The notes: generated by a model from the letters alone, not told the origin. Positions 19,042 to 28,351 are shown, numbered from the stretch's first letter. The stretch is DNA of 64,000 nucleotides from Candidatus Nealsonbacteria bacterium (GCA_003560665.1 PWKK01000023.1:186040-250039); one strand, 5' to 3'. Numbers and translations: made by a program.

Positions 19042-19680
19042 TTGGGAGAAGGAATATTTGGCGAAGAAATTATAGCTGGAATAATAGAAAGCGAAGAAAG
19101 TGAAAATCTAATAACAAAGGAACTAGATGAAAAAGAACGTGAGAAAGCATATAAAGTGAGGTACCGAATCTTCGCGGAGAAATTGGGGTGGTTGATTCCT
19201 AACCCTCACGAGATGGATTATGATCATTATGACGAGTATGCTCGTCATGTGGGTGTATTTCTAAATGGGAGGATGATTGGCTACTCAAGAATTATTTTCC
19301 CTTATGGAGTTTTTATGATCGAGGAAGATTTTAAAGATCTCGTCAATGAAGAGCTTCTGGAGAAAAAGAATTCATTGGAAATAAGTCGGGTTTTGGTAGA
19401 TACTTCTCGGCCTGACTATCGTCTTTATACTACGATGTTGCTTTATCGCGACGTATACCTTTCCGCAATGAAAAGAAACATTCGATACGGATATATTGTA
19501 GTTGTAAAAAAATTCCTTGATAAAATAAAGCTCATTTTTCCATTTGAGCAAATTGGAGAAACTGTTTGCTTTCAAGAGGGTGTTCCCACAGTAGCGGCCA
19601 TAGTAGATGCTAGAAAAATAGAAGAAAGATTCCGAGAAGAGAGCGATCAGCTGTACAAATGGTTTGCCCAAAAAGAATGA
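19042..19680 (+). CDS. LuxI-like / N-acyl amino acid synthase-like GNAT acyltransferase (autoinducer-synthase superfamily)
   Basis: YKVRYRIFAEKLGWL..HEMDYDHYDEYARHVGVFLNGRMIGYSRII..FMIEEDF..LEISRVLV follows the R-x-R-V/I-F..LGW..E-x-D-x-Y/F-D..H..G-x-x-R-L/I..E-x-SR pattern of the LuxI/N-acyl synthase families. TTG 19042 lies 8 nt after AGGAGG; the track used GTG 19033. Confidence 0.65.
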   Translation: MGEGIFGEEIIAGIIESEESENLITKELDEKEREKAYKVRYRIFAEKLGWLIPNPHEMDYDHYDEYARHVGVFLNGRMIGYSRIIFPYGVFMIEEDFKDLVNEELLEKKNSLEISRVLVDTSRPDYRLYTTMLLYRDVYLSAMKRNIRYGYIVVVKKFLDKIKLIFPFEQIGETVCFQEGVPTVAAIVDARKIEERFREESDQLYKWFAQKE

Positions 19681-19714
19681 ATATTAGGACTATAGTCGCT
19701 TAACTGAAAGCAAA

Positions 19715-19746
19715 GGACCGAGCATTAAGTTCGGTCTCTTTTTTTA
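19715..19746 (+). terminator. rho-independent terminator
   Basis: GACCGA / TCGGTC stem followed by a T7 run. Confidence 0.7.
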
Positions 19747-19774
19747 TGCTTTTTTTTATGGTATTATTCACAGA

Positions 19775-21982
19775 ATGCAGTATCATTTACCCACAGACTT
19801 TAATTTTTTTCTCTTGTCTTTTATTACGGTAATCAGTGCTTTGCTGTCTTTTTTTGTCCTTTTTCGAAAAAAATCACAGGCAGCAATATGGTTTGGAGGG
19901 GTAACTTTAAGTGTTGCTTTTTGGTCTTTTACTAATGCGATGTGCTTTATAGCTCCTACTGTGGAGAGGGGTATTTTCTGGGCTCAGATGAGTTACTTTA
20001 GCGCGATATTAATAGCTTTTACTTTTTTTTACTTCTCTTCTATTTTTCCGGAGAGTGTTAGCTACAGGGAAAGAAAATATATTCCAAAAAAATATCAAAA
20101 AATACTGGTGAATGTTTTTTTTGTTATTGTTTCTGTTTGCATATTTTTACCTGAAGTTACTGTCAAAAGAGTTTTGTTAAATCCGTGGGAGATAATAAAC
20201 GGTCCAGGGATTTATTTTTTTGCTTTCTATTTTCTAGTATTGATGGGATGGGCTTTCCGGAATTTGGCAAAAAAATATTTTTTCTGTGAAGGAAATGAAA
20301 GAATACAGCTAAAATATCTTTTTATGGGATGCGCACTTTCGGCGCTCTTTGGGGGAACTTTTAATTTGTTATTACCTTTTTTGGGGATTTATAAGTTTGT
20401 TTGGTTCGGGCCTCTCGCTGCACTTATTCTGATTGGATTTATTTCTTATGCCATTCTAAGGCATCGCCTAATGGACATTCGTGTGGCCGCGGGGAGAGGA
20501 CTGGTCTATACCTTCTCTGTTGTTTCAGTTGCTTTAATCGCGTACAGCCTCTTTCTTTTGGGATTATTATTGGGATTTCCTTCTGCCCTTAAGGTGGTGG
20601 GAGCGACAACAATCTCAGCACTTTTCTTTCACCCTCTTTTCTCTGCATTCGAAGAATTTGCGGGAAAATATCTTTATTACTCATTTTATTCTTCGGAAAA
20701 AACACTTAAGCGTTTGGGAAAAGAGTTAACGGAAATATTAGACCTGAGAGAATTAACAAATCTCATTGCTTCCACATTACTTGAAACCTTAAAAACGAAG
20801 AGGGTTGTAATTATTTTAAGAGAGGGGGATGCGGGGAAGTTTGCTATCGCAAAGAACATTGGATTCAAAGAAGAGAATGGAATTTCTTTGGTACGAGACA
20901 ACTTTTTAACAGAATGGCTTGAAAAGAACAAAAAGCCTCTTGTCTATGAAGAATTAGTGCTCTATTTAGGTGAAGAGAGCGATGAAGAAAAAAAGAAAAG
21001 AATAGAACATCTTTTAAAAGACATGAATAAAATAGAGGCAGAATTGTGTCTCCCTTTGATTTTCAAGGAGAAGATAGTCGGAATAATAGTTTTGGGAGAG
21101 AAAAAATCGGGAGATCCTTATTTTCATCAAGATCTAGATCTTCTTTCAAATCTCTCTTATCATTTTTCTGTTGCTTTACAGAACGCTTGGCTTTACTCGA
21201 AAGTGGAGGACTTTTCAAAAAATCTAGAAAGAAAGGTAGAAGAGCAGGTAAAAGAACTGAAAAGGGCTTACAGAAAACTACAACGTCTCGATAAAGTAAA
21301 AACAGAGTTTATGTCTATCGTTTCACACCAGCTAAGAACACCACTTAGCATTATTAAAGGACATCTTTCGATGGTAAGTGAGGGAGTTTATGAGAAGGAT
21401 AAGGAAAAGGAAAGAAAAGTGCTACAAAGCGTTTATGAGGCAAACGAGAGACTTATCGCACTGGTAAACGATGTTTTAAATATTTCTCGCATTCAAGCAG
21501 GAAGAGTAGAATTCGAAAAAGAAAAGGCAAATCTTGTAGAGGTTATCCGAAACACGGTTGAAAGGATGATGCCTTCTCTGAACGGAAAAAAGGTGGAGTT
21601 GATTTTTAAAGAACCGTTAGAGGAGCTACCGGAGATAGAGATAGATGTTTCAAAGATAGAAAACGTAATGATTAATCTTATCGATAACGCTATTAAGTAT
21701 ACACAAGAAGGAGAGGTGACGGTTTCCGTGAAAAAGGAAGATGATTATTTAAAGATATCAATTAAAGATACGGGGGAAGGGATGAGCGAGGAGGAAGTAG
21801 AAAAGCTTTTTGAAACATTTTCTCGTGGGGGGGCAGGTAAAAAACACTGGATACAAGGAGCGGGGCTTGGACTTTACATCGCTCGTCAGTTTGTAGAGAT
21901 GCACAAAGGAAAAGTGTGGGCGGAATCGGAAGGAAAAGGGAAAGGTTCTCAGTTTTATGTTACAATACCTCTGTCTTCTTAA
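19775..21982 (+). CDS. sensor histidine kinase: N-terminal multi-pass (about 7 TM) membrane domain, GAF-like domain, HisKA and HATPase_c
   Basis: About 300 aa of TM helices, H-box FMSIVSHQLRTPLS, N-box LIDNAIKYT, G1 DTGEGM, G2 GAGLGLYI. Confidence 0.88.
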   Translation: MQYHLPTDFNFFLLSFITVISALLSFFVLFRKKSQAAIWFGGVTLSVAFWSFTNAMCFIAPTVERGIFWAQMSYFSAILIAFTFFYFSSIFPESVSYRERKYIPKKYQKILVNVFFVIVSVCIFLPEVTVKRVLLNPWEIINGPGIYFFAFYFLVLMGWAFRNLAKKYFFCEGNERIQLKYLFMGCALSALFGGTFNLLLPFLGIYKFVWFGPLAALILIGFISYAILRHRLMDIRVAAGRGLVYTFSVVSVALIAYSLFLLGLLLGFPSALKVVGATTISALFFHPLFSAFEEFAGKYLYYSFYSSEKTLKRLGKELTEILDLRELTNLIASTLLETLKTKRVVIILREGDAGKFAIAKNIGFKEENGISLVRDNFLTEWLEKNKKPLVYEELVLYLGEESDEEKKKRIEHLLKDMNKIEAELCLPLIFKEKIVGIIVLGEKKSGDPYFHQDLDLLSNLSYHFSVALQNAWLYSKVEDFSKNLERKVEEQVKELKRAYRKLQRLDKVKTEFMSIVSHQLRTPLSIIKGHLSMVSEGVYEKDKEKERKVLQSVYEANERLIALVNDVLNISRIQAGRVEFEKEKANLVEVIRNTVERMMPSLNGKKVELIFKEPLEELPEIEIDVSKIENVMINLIDNAIKYTQEGEVTVSVKKEDDYLKISIKDTGEGMSEEEVEKLFETFSRGGAGKKHWIQGAGLGLYIARQFVEMHKGKVWAESEGKGKGSQFYVTIPLSS

Positions 21983-22018
21983 ATTTAATGAGAATAAAAG
22001 TTTTAATAATTTAGAAAA

Positions 22019-24169
22019 ATGGAGAAGAAGTATAATTCTCAAGAAGTGGAAGGAAGAACTTACCGGTTTTGGGAAGAGACCGGCTGCTTTAATCCCGACA
22101 ACCTTGCAGGGAGTGAGCCTTTTACTATTGTTCTGCCACCTCCGAACGTAACGGGGAATTTGCATATGGGGCATGCGGCAATGATTGCCTACCAGGACAT
22201 CCTTATTCGTTACAATAGAATGAAGGGGAAAAAGGCGCTGTGGATTCCGGGAACGGACCATGCATCTATTGCTACTTCCAGTAAAGTAGAGAAAAGAATC
22301 TACGAAGAGGAAGGGAAGACGAGGCACGATTTGGGAAGAGAAGAGTTTTTAAAGAGAGTTGAAAGCTTTGCTCAAGAGAGCCACGATACGATTGTCAACC
22401 AAGTTAAAAGAATGGGAGCTTCCCTTGATTGGAGCAGAGAAGCATTTACGCTTGATGATAAGCGGAACTTGGCGGTAAAAACGGCATTTAAGAGGATGTA
22501 CGAACAAGGGCTTATCTACCGCGGACAAAGAATTGTCAACTGGGACCCCCTTATGAAAACTAATGTTTCGGATGATGAGCTAGAGAGAGAAGAGAGAAAA
22601 ACTTCTTTTTATTATTTAAAATTTGGGCCATTTATCATTGGCACTTCACGACCGGAAACAAAATTTGGTGACAAGTATGTAGTAATGCACCCTGAAGACA
22701 AGCGTTATTTAGATTATAAACATGGACAGGAAATAGAAGTTGAGTGGATTAACGGCAAAGTTAAAGCAATCATTATCAAAGATAAAGCAGTGGATCCTGA
22801 ATTTGGAACGGGAGTAATGACGATTACTCCGTGGCACGATTTAACTGACTTTGAAATAGCCGAGAGACACAATTTAGAGAAAGAACAGATTATTGATTTT
22901 GACGGGAAGCTACTTTCGATCGCCAAAGAGTTTTCCGGAATGGAAATTGAAAAAGCAAGGCCGCTTATTGTCGAAAAGTTTAAGAAAAAAAATCTTCTTT
23001 CCGAAGTAGATGAGAATTACAGACACAGTGTTGCGGTAAACAGTAGAGGAGGGGGCTTGATTGAGTCGCAAATCAAAGAACAGTGGTTCATCGATGTAAA
23101 TAAAAAGTTTCGGATTGAAAAGTCAAATATTGAAGGGATAAAGGATGGGCAAGAAACAAACTTTAAAGAACTGATGCGGAAGCCGATAGAAACCGGACAG
23201 ATCAGAATTGTTCCCGAAATGTTTCAAAAAATATATTACCACTGGATTGACAATCTCAGAGATTGGTGTATTAGTAGACAGATTTGGTATGGGCATCGTA
23301 TCCCTGTATGGTATAAGGACGAGGAAGTTTACTGTGACGTAGAGCCCCCGGAAGGAAAGGGTTGGAAACAGGATCCGGATACTCTCGATACGTGGTTTTC
23401 ATCCGGACTATGGACTTTTTCCACTCTTGGTTGGCCCGAAGAAACCAGTGAACTCAAACTCTACCATCCGACCAGTGTTATGGAGACAGGGTATGACATA
23501 ATTTTCTTTTGGGTTGCTCGCATGGTGATGATGACAACTTACCATATGAACGACATCCCTTTTGAAAATGTCTACTTGCATGGATTGGTTCTCGATGAGA
23601 AGGGTAAAAAAATGAGCAAGTCTCTCGGCAATACAATAGATCCGCTAGACATGGTGGAAAAGTACGGTGCGGACGCAACACGAATCTCTTTAATTGTAGG
23701 AGCAACAGCGGGAACGGATATTCGATTATCAGAGGACAGGATAAGGGGATACAGGAACTTTACCAACAAACTTTGGAATGTTTCTCGTTTTGTACTTATG
23801 AACACAGAAGATTATAACGCGGAAGAAAAGCTGGAATGGACCCCGAAGGACCGAGAAATTTTTGATGGTTTCAAAAAAACTGCTAAAAAAGCAACAGAGC
23901 AGTTGGAAAATTATCAGTTTTCTCACGCTGCAGAAAATCTTTATCATTACCTATGGCATAATTTTGCCGACAAAGTATTAGAGGAATCGAAAGAGGTTTT
24001 GGAAAATAAAAAGACGCGCAAAACAAGACAAGAGGTTCTTCTAGAGGTGCTTAAGGGAATAATTAAGACGCTACACCCTTTTATTCCTTTTGTGACCGAA
24101 GAAATATATCAACTTCTTCCCATTAAGGAAAAGAAAAAAACGATTATGATTGAAGATTGGCCTGTTTAG
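22019..24169 (+). CDS. valS: valyl-tRNA synthetase (short form, no C-terminal coiled coil)
   Basis: PPPNVTGNLHMGHA (HIGH), KMSKSLGN, CP1 editing insert. Confidence 0.93.
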   Translation: MEKKYNSQEVEGRTYRFWEETGCFNPDNLAGSEPFTIVLPPPNVTGNLHMGHAAMIAYQDILIRYNRMKGKKALWIPGTDHASIATSSKVEKRIYEEEGKTRHDLGREEFLKRVESFAQESHDTIVNQVKRMGASLDWSREAFTLDDKRNLAVKTAFKRMYEQGLIYRGQRIVNWDPLMKTNVSDDELEREERKTSFYYLKFGPFIIGTSRPETKFGDKYVVMHPEDKRYLDYKHGQEIEVEWINGKVKAIIIKDKAVDPEFGTGVMTITPWHDLTDFEIAERHNLEKEQIIDFDGKLLSIAKEFSGMEIEKARPLIVEKFKKKNLLSEVDENYRHSVAVNSRGGGLIESQIKEQWFIDVNKKFRIEKSNIEGIKDGQETNFKELMRKPIETGQIRIVPEMFQKIYYHWIDNLRDWCISRQIWYGHRIPVWYKDEEVYCDVEPPEGKGWKQDPDTLDTWFSSGLWTFSTLGWPEETSELKLYHPTSVMETGYDIIFFWVARMVMMTTYHMNDIPFENVYLHGLVLDEKGKKMSKSLGNTIDPLDMVEKYGADATRISLIVGATAGTDIRLSEDRIRGYRNFTNKLWNVSRFVLMNTEDYNAEEKLEWTPKDREIFDGFKKTAKKATEQLENYQFSHAAENLYHYLWHNFADKVLEESKEVLENKKTRKTRQEVLLEVLKGIIKTLHPFIPFVTEEIYQLLPIKEKKKTIMIEDWPV

Positions 24170-24206
24170 TGAGGTTTTATCTCTTTCTGAAAATAGAAGC
24201 CATTAT

Positions 24207-24719
24207 ATGAAAATAAAAAGAATTGTTGTCGGAATGTTGGAGACAAACTGCTACCTTCTCTATAATGGAGAAGAAATGCTTGTTGTTGATCCGGGAGCAG
24301 ATGCCAAAAAAATAATAGGCGAAATAGAGAAAACCGGAATTAAGCCGAAATATATCGTGAATACTCACGGCCATCCTGATCATGTGATGGCAAACAGGGA
24401 AGTAGAAGAAAGAACTGGGGCGAAAATAATAGAGAATCTTCAAGAAGGAGAGAAGATAACGGTAAGAGACAGCGATTTAAGGATAATGCATACCCCGGGG
24501 CATACAAAGGACTCATTCTGCTTGAAGGGAGAGTTATTTTTGATGGGAGGCGATGTTTTGTTTGTGGACGGTCACGGGAGAACGGATCTTCCGGGAGGGT
24601 CAGATGCGGAGATGAAAGAGACAATTCACAGACTAAAGAAAGAGTTACCTAAGGAAACTCTTATCTATCCCGGGCATGGAGAACCATTTACGATCGATGA
24701 GTGGAAAGGCGATTATTGA
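24207..24719 (+). CDS. MBL-fold metallo-hydrolase
   Basis: ETNCYLL..VVDPG..THGHPDHV (HxHxDH)..HTPGHT..GHG. ATG 24207 avoids overlap with valS. Confidence 0.82.
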   Translation: MKIKRIVVGMLETNCYLLYNGEEMLVVDPGADAKKIIGEIEKTGIKPKYIVNTHGHPDHVMANREVEERTGAKIIENLQEGEKITVRDSDLRIMHTPGHTKDSFCLKGELFLMGGDVLFVDGHGRTDLPGGSDAEMKETIHRLKKELPKETLIYPGHGEPFTIDEWKGDY

Positions 24720-24765
24720 AAGTAGGGCGATTTTGTGGTACAATGGCGAAGCAAATCGGAAAAAG

Positions 24766-24848
24766 GGGTCGGTACCAGAGTGGTCAAATGGAGCAGGCTG
24801 TAAACCTGCTGGCTTACGCCTTCGGGGGTTCGAATCCCTCCCGGCCCA
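24766..24848 (+). tRNA. tRNA-Tyr(GTA): tRNA-Tyr (anticodon GTA), class II with a long variable arm
   Basis: Acceptor GGGTCGG/CCGGCCC, anticodon stem-loop GCAGG-CTGTAAA-CCTGC, variable arm GGC-TTAC-GCC, T arm GGGGG-TTCGAAT-CCCTC. No encoded CCA. Confidence 0.9.
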
Positions 24849-24857
24849 CAACTTTTT

Positions 24858-24929
24858 GCCTGAGTAGCTCAGTGGGAGAGCATTCCCATGGTAAGGGAAA
24901 GGCCGGGAGTTCAATCCTCCCCTCAGGCT
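24858..24929 (+). tRNA. tRNA-Thr(GGT): tRNA-Thr (anticodon GGT)
   Basis: Acceptor GCCTGAG/CTCAGGC, D arm GCTC-AGTGGGA-GAGC, anticodon stem-loop TTCCC-ATGGTAA-GGGAA, T arm GGGAG-TTCAATC-CTCCC. Confidence 0.92.
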
Positions 24930-24953
24930 CATAAGAATAAGTAATATAAAAAT

Positions 24954-25127
24954 ATGACTACAAAAACAAAAAGACCTTTTTTAAAGATGGAGTGTGGCGT
25001 TTGTAAAAAAGCGAATTATCATATCCAGGTTAAGAAAGGGAAAAACATCGAGAACGAAAAAATGGAACTCAAAAAGCATTGCAGATGGTGTAAAAAACAC
25101 ACTTTGCATAAAATGAAACTTAAATAG
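24954..25127 (+). CDS. rpmG: 50S ribosomal protein L33
   Basis: 57-aa ORF MTTKTKRPFLKMECGVCKKANYHIQVKKGK..KKHCRWCKKHTLHKMKLK with two CxxC pairs. Below the ORF-track cutoff. Confidence 0.85.
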   Translation: MTTKTKRPFLKMECGVCKKANYHIQVKKGKNIENEKMELKKHCRWCKKHTLHKMKLK

Positions 25128-25170
25128 TCTTTGCTCTATTTAAAATTCCACGGCACACAGTGTCGTTTAT

Positions 25171-25243
25171 GGGGGCGTGGTGAAATTGGCTATCATAAGG
25201 GTCTCCAAAACCCTTGTTTCAGGTTCGAGTCCTGGCGCCCCTG
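25171..25243 (+). tRNA. tRNA-Trp(CCA): tRNA-Trp (anticodon CCA)
   Basis: Acceptor GGGGGCG/CGCCCCT, anticodon stem-loop AGGGT-CTCCAAA-ACCCT, T arm TCAGG-TTCGAGT-CCTGG. Confidence 0.88.
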
Positions 25244-25333
25244 CGGACTTAGATCAAGGAAAACCAAGAATAGCTCGGTTTTTTTGTTTTGTGATAAAAT
25301 TTAAAGTAGAAAATCAGATTAATAAAAGGAAAA

Positions 25334-26434
25334 ATGAGTGATAAAGATGATAGTAAAATAATTAAAATTGGCGGTGCGGGCATATCAGGTCTAACATCCG
25401 CGATAGTTTTAGCAAAAGCCGGCTATGAGGTTGAGGTATATGAAAAAAATGCCTCTGTAGGAGAAAGATTCAATGAAGATTTTCAAGGAATAATGAATTG
25501 GGGCTTCAAGGAAGATGTCATTGATTATATGAACAGAATAGGAATAAAAAATAGTTTTTGGAAAAAGGCGATGACTTCCATTGATATGTTTGGATCGGAT
25601 GAATATCAACACTCTTTTAAAACCAAAAGGCCTTTCTGTTATCTTGTGCAAAGAGGGAGTGGCGCAAAATGCTTAGAGCAGTCTCTAAAAGAGCAAGCTG
25701 TTGAAGCTGGCGTAGAGATAATATTTAATAGTGCAGTGAGCGCAGATGATGTTGATATAGTTGCTACCGGACCAAAATTTGACGGAGTCATTGACGGTCT
25801 TGTAAATGGATATACATTCGAAACAGACTCCCAAGACAATTTTGCAATTTTATTTGATGATGACTATGCCTATAATGGTTATTCTTATTTTTTTATAACT
25901 GATGGCCATGGGACAGTAGCGACTTGTATTTTTGGAAAATATCAAAAAGTCAACGACTATTTAGAGAAAACATATAATTTCTTTATGGATAATTATAATT
26001 TTAACGTTGAAAATAAAAAAGGATTTGCGGGAACGGGGAACTTTCACTTATTATCTAATACTAAAAAGAGATATGTTGGTGAAGCAGGCGGGTTCCAAGA
26101 CTTTTTATGGGGCTTTGGAATGAGATACGCGGTAATAACCGGAAATTTAGCTGCACGAAGTATTATCGAAAAGAAAGAGTACAAAGAATTATGGGCTAAA
26201 GAGTTAAGTGGATTACTGGAAACTTCCGTATCCACAAGACTGTTGTTCTCTTTGCTTGGGGATAGAACTTACAAGCTTTTTGTCAAGTCTTTAAGTAAAA
26301 GAAAAAACCCGGTCGAATTTTTAACAAAAGCATATAATCCAACTATTTTATCAAGGCTGGTTTACCCTTTTTCCAAGATTTATCTTAGAAAATATATTAA
26401 AGACAGAAGCACTAAAGAGCCTAATAAGAAATAA
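25334..26434 (+). CDS. FAD-dependent oxidoreductase (geranylgeranyl-reductase-like)
   Basis: N-terminal Rossmann IKIGGAGISGLTSAIVLAKAGYEVEVYEK. Confidence 0.6.
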   Translation: MSDKDDSKIIKIGGAGISGLTSAIVLAKAGYEVEVYEKNASVGERFNEDFQGIMNWGFKEDVIDYMNRIGIKNSFWKKAMTSIDMFGSDEYQHSFKTKRPFCYLVQRGSGAKCLEQSLKEQAVEAGVEIIFNSAVSADDVDIVATGPKFDGVIDGLVNGYTFETDSQDNFAILFDDDYAYNGYSYFFITDGHGTVATCIFGKYQKVNDYLEKTYNFFMDNYNFNVENKKGFAGTGNFHLLSNTKKRYVGEAGGFQDFLWGFGMRYAVITGNLAARSIIEKKEYKELWAKELSGLLETSVSTRLLFSLLGDRTYKLFVKSLSKRKNPVEFLTKAYNPTILSRLVYPFSKIYLRKYIKDRSTKEPNKK

Positions 26435-26674
26435 TATTAAGATTGTGAATAGGTAATATTATACTTGCTCTCTTAGAACAGGCGATGTTGATTGGAGGAA
26501 GAGTTCTTACAATTATTACATTCCTTAAAAAGTAAGAACGCAAAATAGATAATTTTCCGGATTTTAATTCCGCGAATTTTTTATTAGATAGCACCTGAGA
26601 ATGGCTGTTTAAATATAGCAAGTAGCAGAGAAATCATCTTCTAACTAATCTGATTTTTTGGTAGAACAAAGGAA

Positions 26675-27370
26675 ATGATAATTCACAAAAAGAGCAATAT
26701 AATATTCGGTCTATCAGAAAGAAACGATGGACAAATGATCCTCAGAGAGGATAGAGAGGGGATTAAAAACAGAAACAAATATTTTTCTAATCTCGGAATT
26801 GACGTAGACACGATTGTATCAGCGGGACTAGTCCATGGTGGCACAGTATCGTTTGTTTCCGACAAAGAGAGAAGAAAAATAATCAAAGGAAGTGACGGAT
26901 TAATTACGGATACAAAGAAAATTTGCTTGGCAGTAACGGTAAGCGATTGCCTCCCTATCTTTATTTACGATGAAAAAAGGGAGGTTGTTGGAATAGCACA
27001 CGCAGGGTGGAGGGGTGTTGTAGGGGATATCACCGGTGAATTGGTTAAGAAATTTAAGGAGCATTGCAGCTCTGATTTAGAATCACTGAGAGTTTTTGTC
27101 GGATCACATATACAAAAATGTCACTTTGAAGTAAAAGAAGATATATTAGAAAGTTTTTCAGAACACTCCGAGCTTGTAAAAAGAGAGAGAGGAAAATATT
27201 TCGTTGACTTAGGAGGGATTGTTAAAAAGCAATTTATTTTCAGTGGACTGAAAGGTGGTAATATCAAGATCAGTCCGGAATGCACTTATTGTAACGAAAA
27301 GTATTTTTCATTTAGAAGAGAAAGTCCGGAGAAAGTTGTTTCTCAGATAGCTTATATCGTCCTTGATTAG
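26675..27370 (+). CDS. pgeF: peptidoglycan editing factor PgeF / YfiH (DUF152 laccase-domain) family
   Basis: DCLPIFIYD..GIAHAGWRGV..CHFEV..C..C family motifs. Confidence 0.82.
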   Translation: MIIHKKSNIIFGLSERNDGQMILREDREGIKNRNKYFSNLGIDVDTIVSAGLVHGGTVSFVSDKERRKIIKGSDGLITDTKKICLAVTVSDCLPIFIYDEKREVVGIAHAGWRGVVGDITGELVKKFKEHCSSDLESLRVFVGSHIQKCHFEVKEDILESFSEHSELVKRERGKYFVDLGGIVKKQFIFSGLKGGNIKISPECTYCNEKYFSFRRESPEKVVSQIAYIVLD

Positions 27371-27421
27371 GAATTAATGGGTAAAAAACACCTGCAAGAA
27401 GACGGTGTTTTTTGTAAGGAC

Positions 27422-27450
27422 TTGACAGGTTGTAGTTATGGGTATATATT
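27422..27450 (+). promoter_or_regulatory. promoter (TTGACA, 17 nt spacer, TATATT)
   Basis: TTGACA 27422-27427, TATATT 27445-27450, upstream of the DUF5320 gene. Confidence 0.5.
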
Positions 27451-27491
27451 TAAAATGCAAAGGTCGGATTATAAACTAATAGTTTAATGTT

Positions 27492-27698
27492 ATGCCAAGA
27501 TTTGATGGAACCGGCCCAGGGGGATGTGGGCCAAGAACAGGGAGAGGTTTTGGTCCTTGTGGATGTGGTGTGGGACACGGAAGAAGATTTTTTACTAAGA
27601 AAGAAGAAAGCGAACTTCTTCAGGAAGAAATTGATGAAATAGAAAAAGAACTGGAAGCAGCAAAGGAGAGGATGTCTGAAATAAAGGGCCAGAAATAA
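27492..27698 (+). CDS. DUF5320-family small protein
   Basis: MPRFDGTGPGGCGPRTGRGFGPCGCG, then a coiled-coil EE-rich tail. Confidence 0.7.
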   Translation: MPRFDGTGPGGCGPRTGRGFGPCGCGVGHGRRFFTKKEESELLQEEIDEIEKELEAAKERMSEIKGQK

Positions 27699-27795
27699 GA
27701 AAGAAGGCCTTGTGACCCTTCCTTTCTAGCAAAGGAAGGGGGGTGGCCTTCTTCGTTTATAATAATACTTTTAAACAAAATTAATTTCAACAATT

Positions 27796-28071
27796 ATGCC
27801 TAGGCCAAGAGGTTATCGTAGGGTTTGTTTTTGTCCTTGTGTAACTTATTTTAAGCCACAAGGAGTTCCGCTTCGCGAACTGAAAGTAATGGAGTTAACT
27901 GCCGAAGAGACAGAGGCTTTGCGTTTGAAAAATATCGAAAATTTGAGCCAAACAGACTGTGCAAAGAGAATGAAAACTTCACAGAGCACCTTTCAAAGAA
28001 TCTTAATCTCTGCCTACAAAAAGATATCGGAAGCTATTATTAAAGGCAAGGCGGTGAAGATTATTGAGTAG
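27796..28071 (+). CDS. DUF134 (UPF0251) predicted DNA-binding protein
   Basis: MPRPRGYRRV..YFKPQGVPLREL..LTAEETEALRLKNIENLSQTDCAKRM..SQSTFQRIL (sigma-70 region-4-like HTH). Confidence 0.75.
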   Translation: MPRPRGYRRVCFCPCVTYFKPQGVPLRELKVMELTAEETEALRLKNIENLSQTDCAKRMKTSQSTFQRILISAYKKISEAIIKGKAVKIIE

Positions 28072-28130
28072 GTTTTGACAAAAACGTTTTTTTGTGTAAA
28101 ATAAATCAACGATAAAAAGGAGGTTTTTTT

Positions 28131-28301
28131 GTGAAAAAATATTTTTTTGTTCTTTCATTAATTATTATCTTTCTGATAGTATTTTCTTATTCCTCTATGC
28201 TTCATCTTGCAGGATTGATTGATGTGGAAAGAATTATCGACATTGAAAAAATTGAAGAAGTAATTGATAGGGCAAGAAGTGTCAGAGTTATTATTGATTA
28301 A
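28131..28301 (+). CDS. 56-aa small membrane-anchored protein
   Basis: TTGACA-TAAAAT promoter at 28075-28102, AAAAAGGAGG 7 nt before GTG 28131. MKKYFFVLSLIIIFLIVFSY.. Terminator follows. Confidence 0.5.
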   Translation: MKKYFFVLSLIIIFLIVFSYSSMLHLAGLIDVERIIDIEKIEEVIDRARSVRVIID

Positions 28302-28320
28302 AAAAACACACCATCTATGT

Positions 28321-28349
28321 AAAATCGGCCTCCGAAGCCGATTTTTTTT
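28321..28349. terminator. bidirectional rho-independent terminator
   Basis: AAAATCGGC / GCCGATTTT stem flanked by A and T runs, between convergent genes. Confidence 0.75.
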
Positions 28350-28351
28350 AC

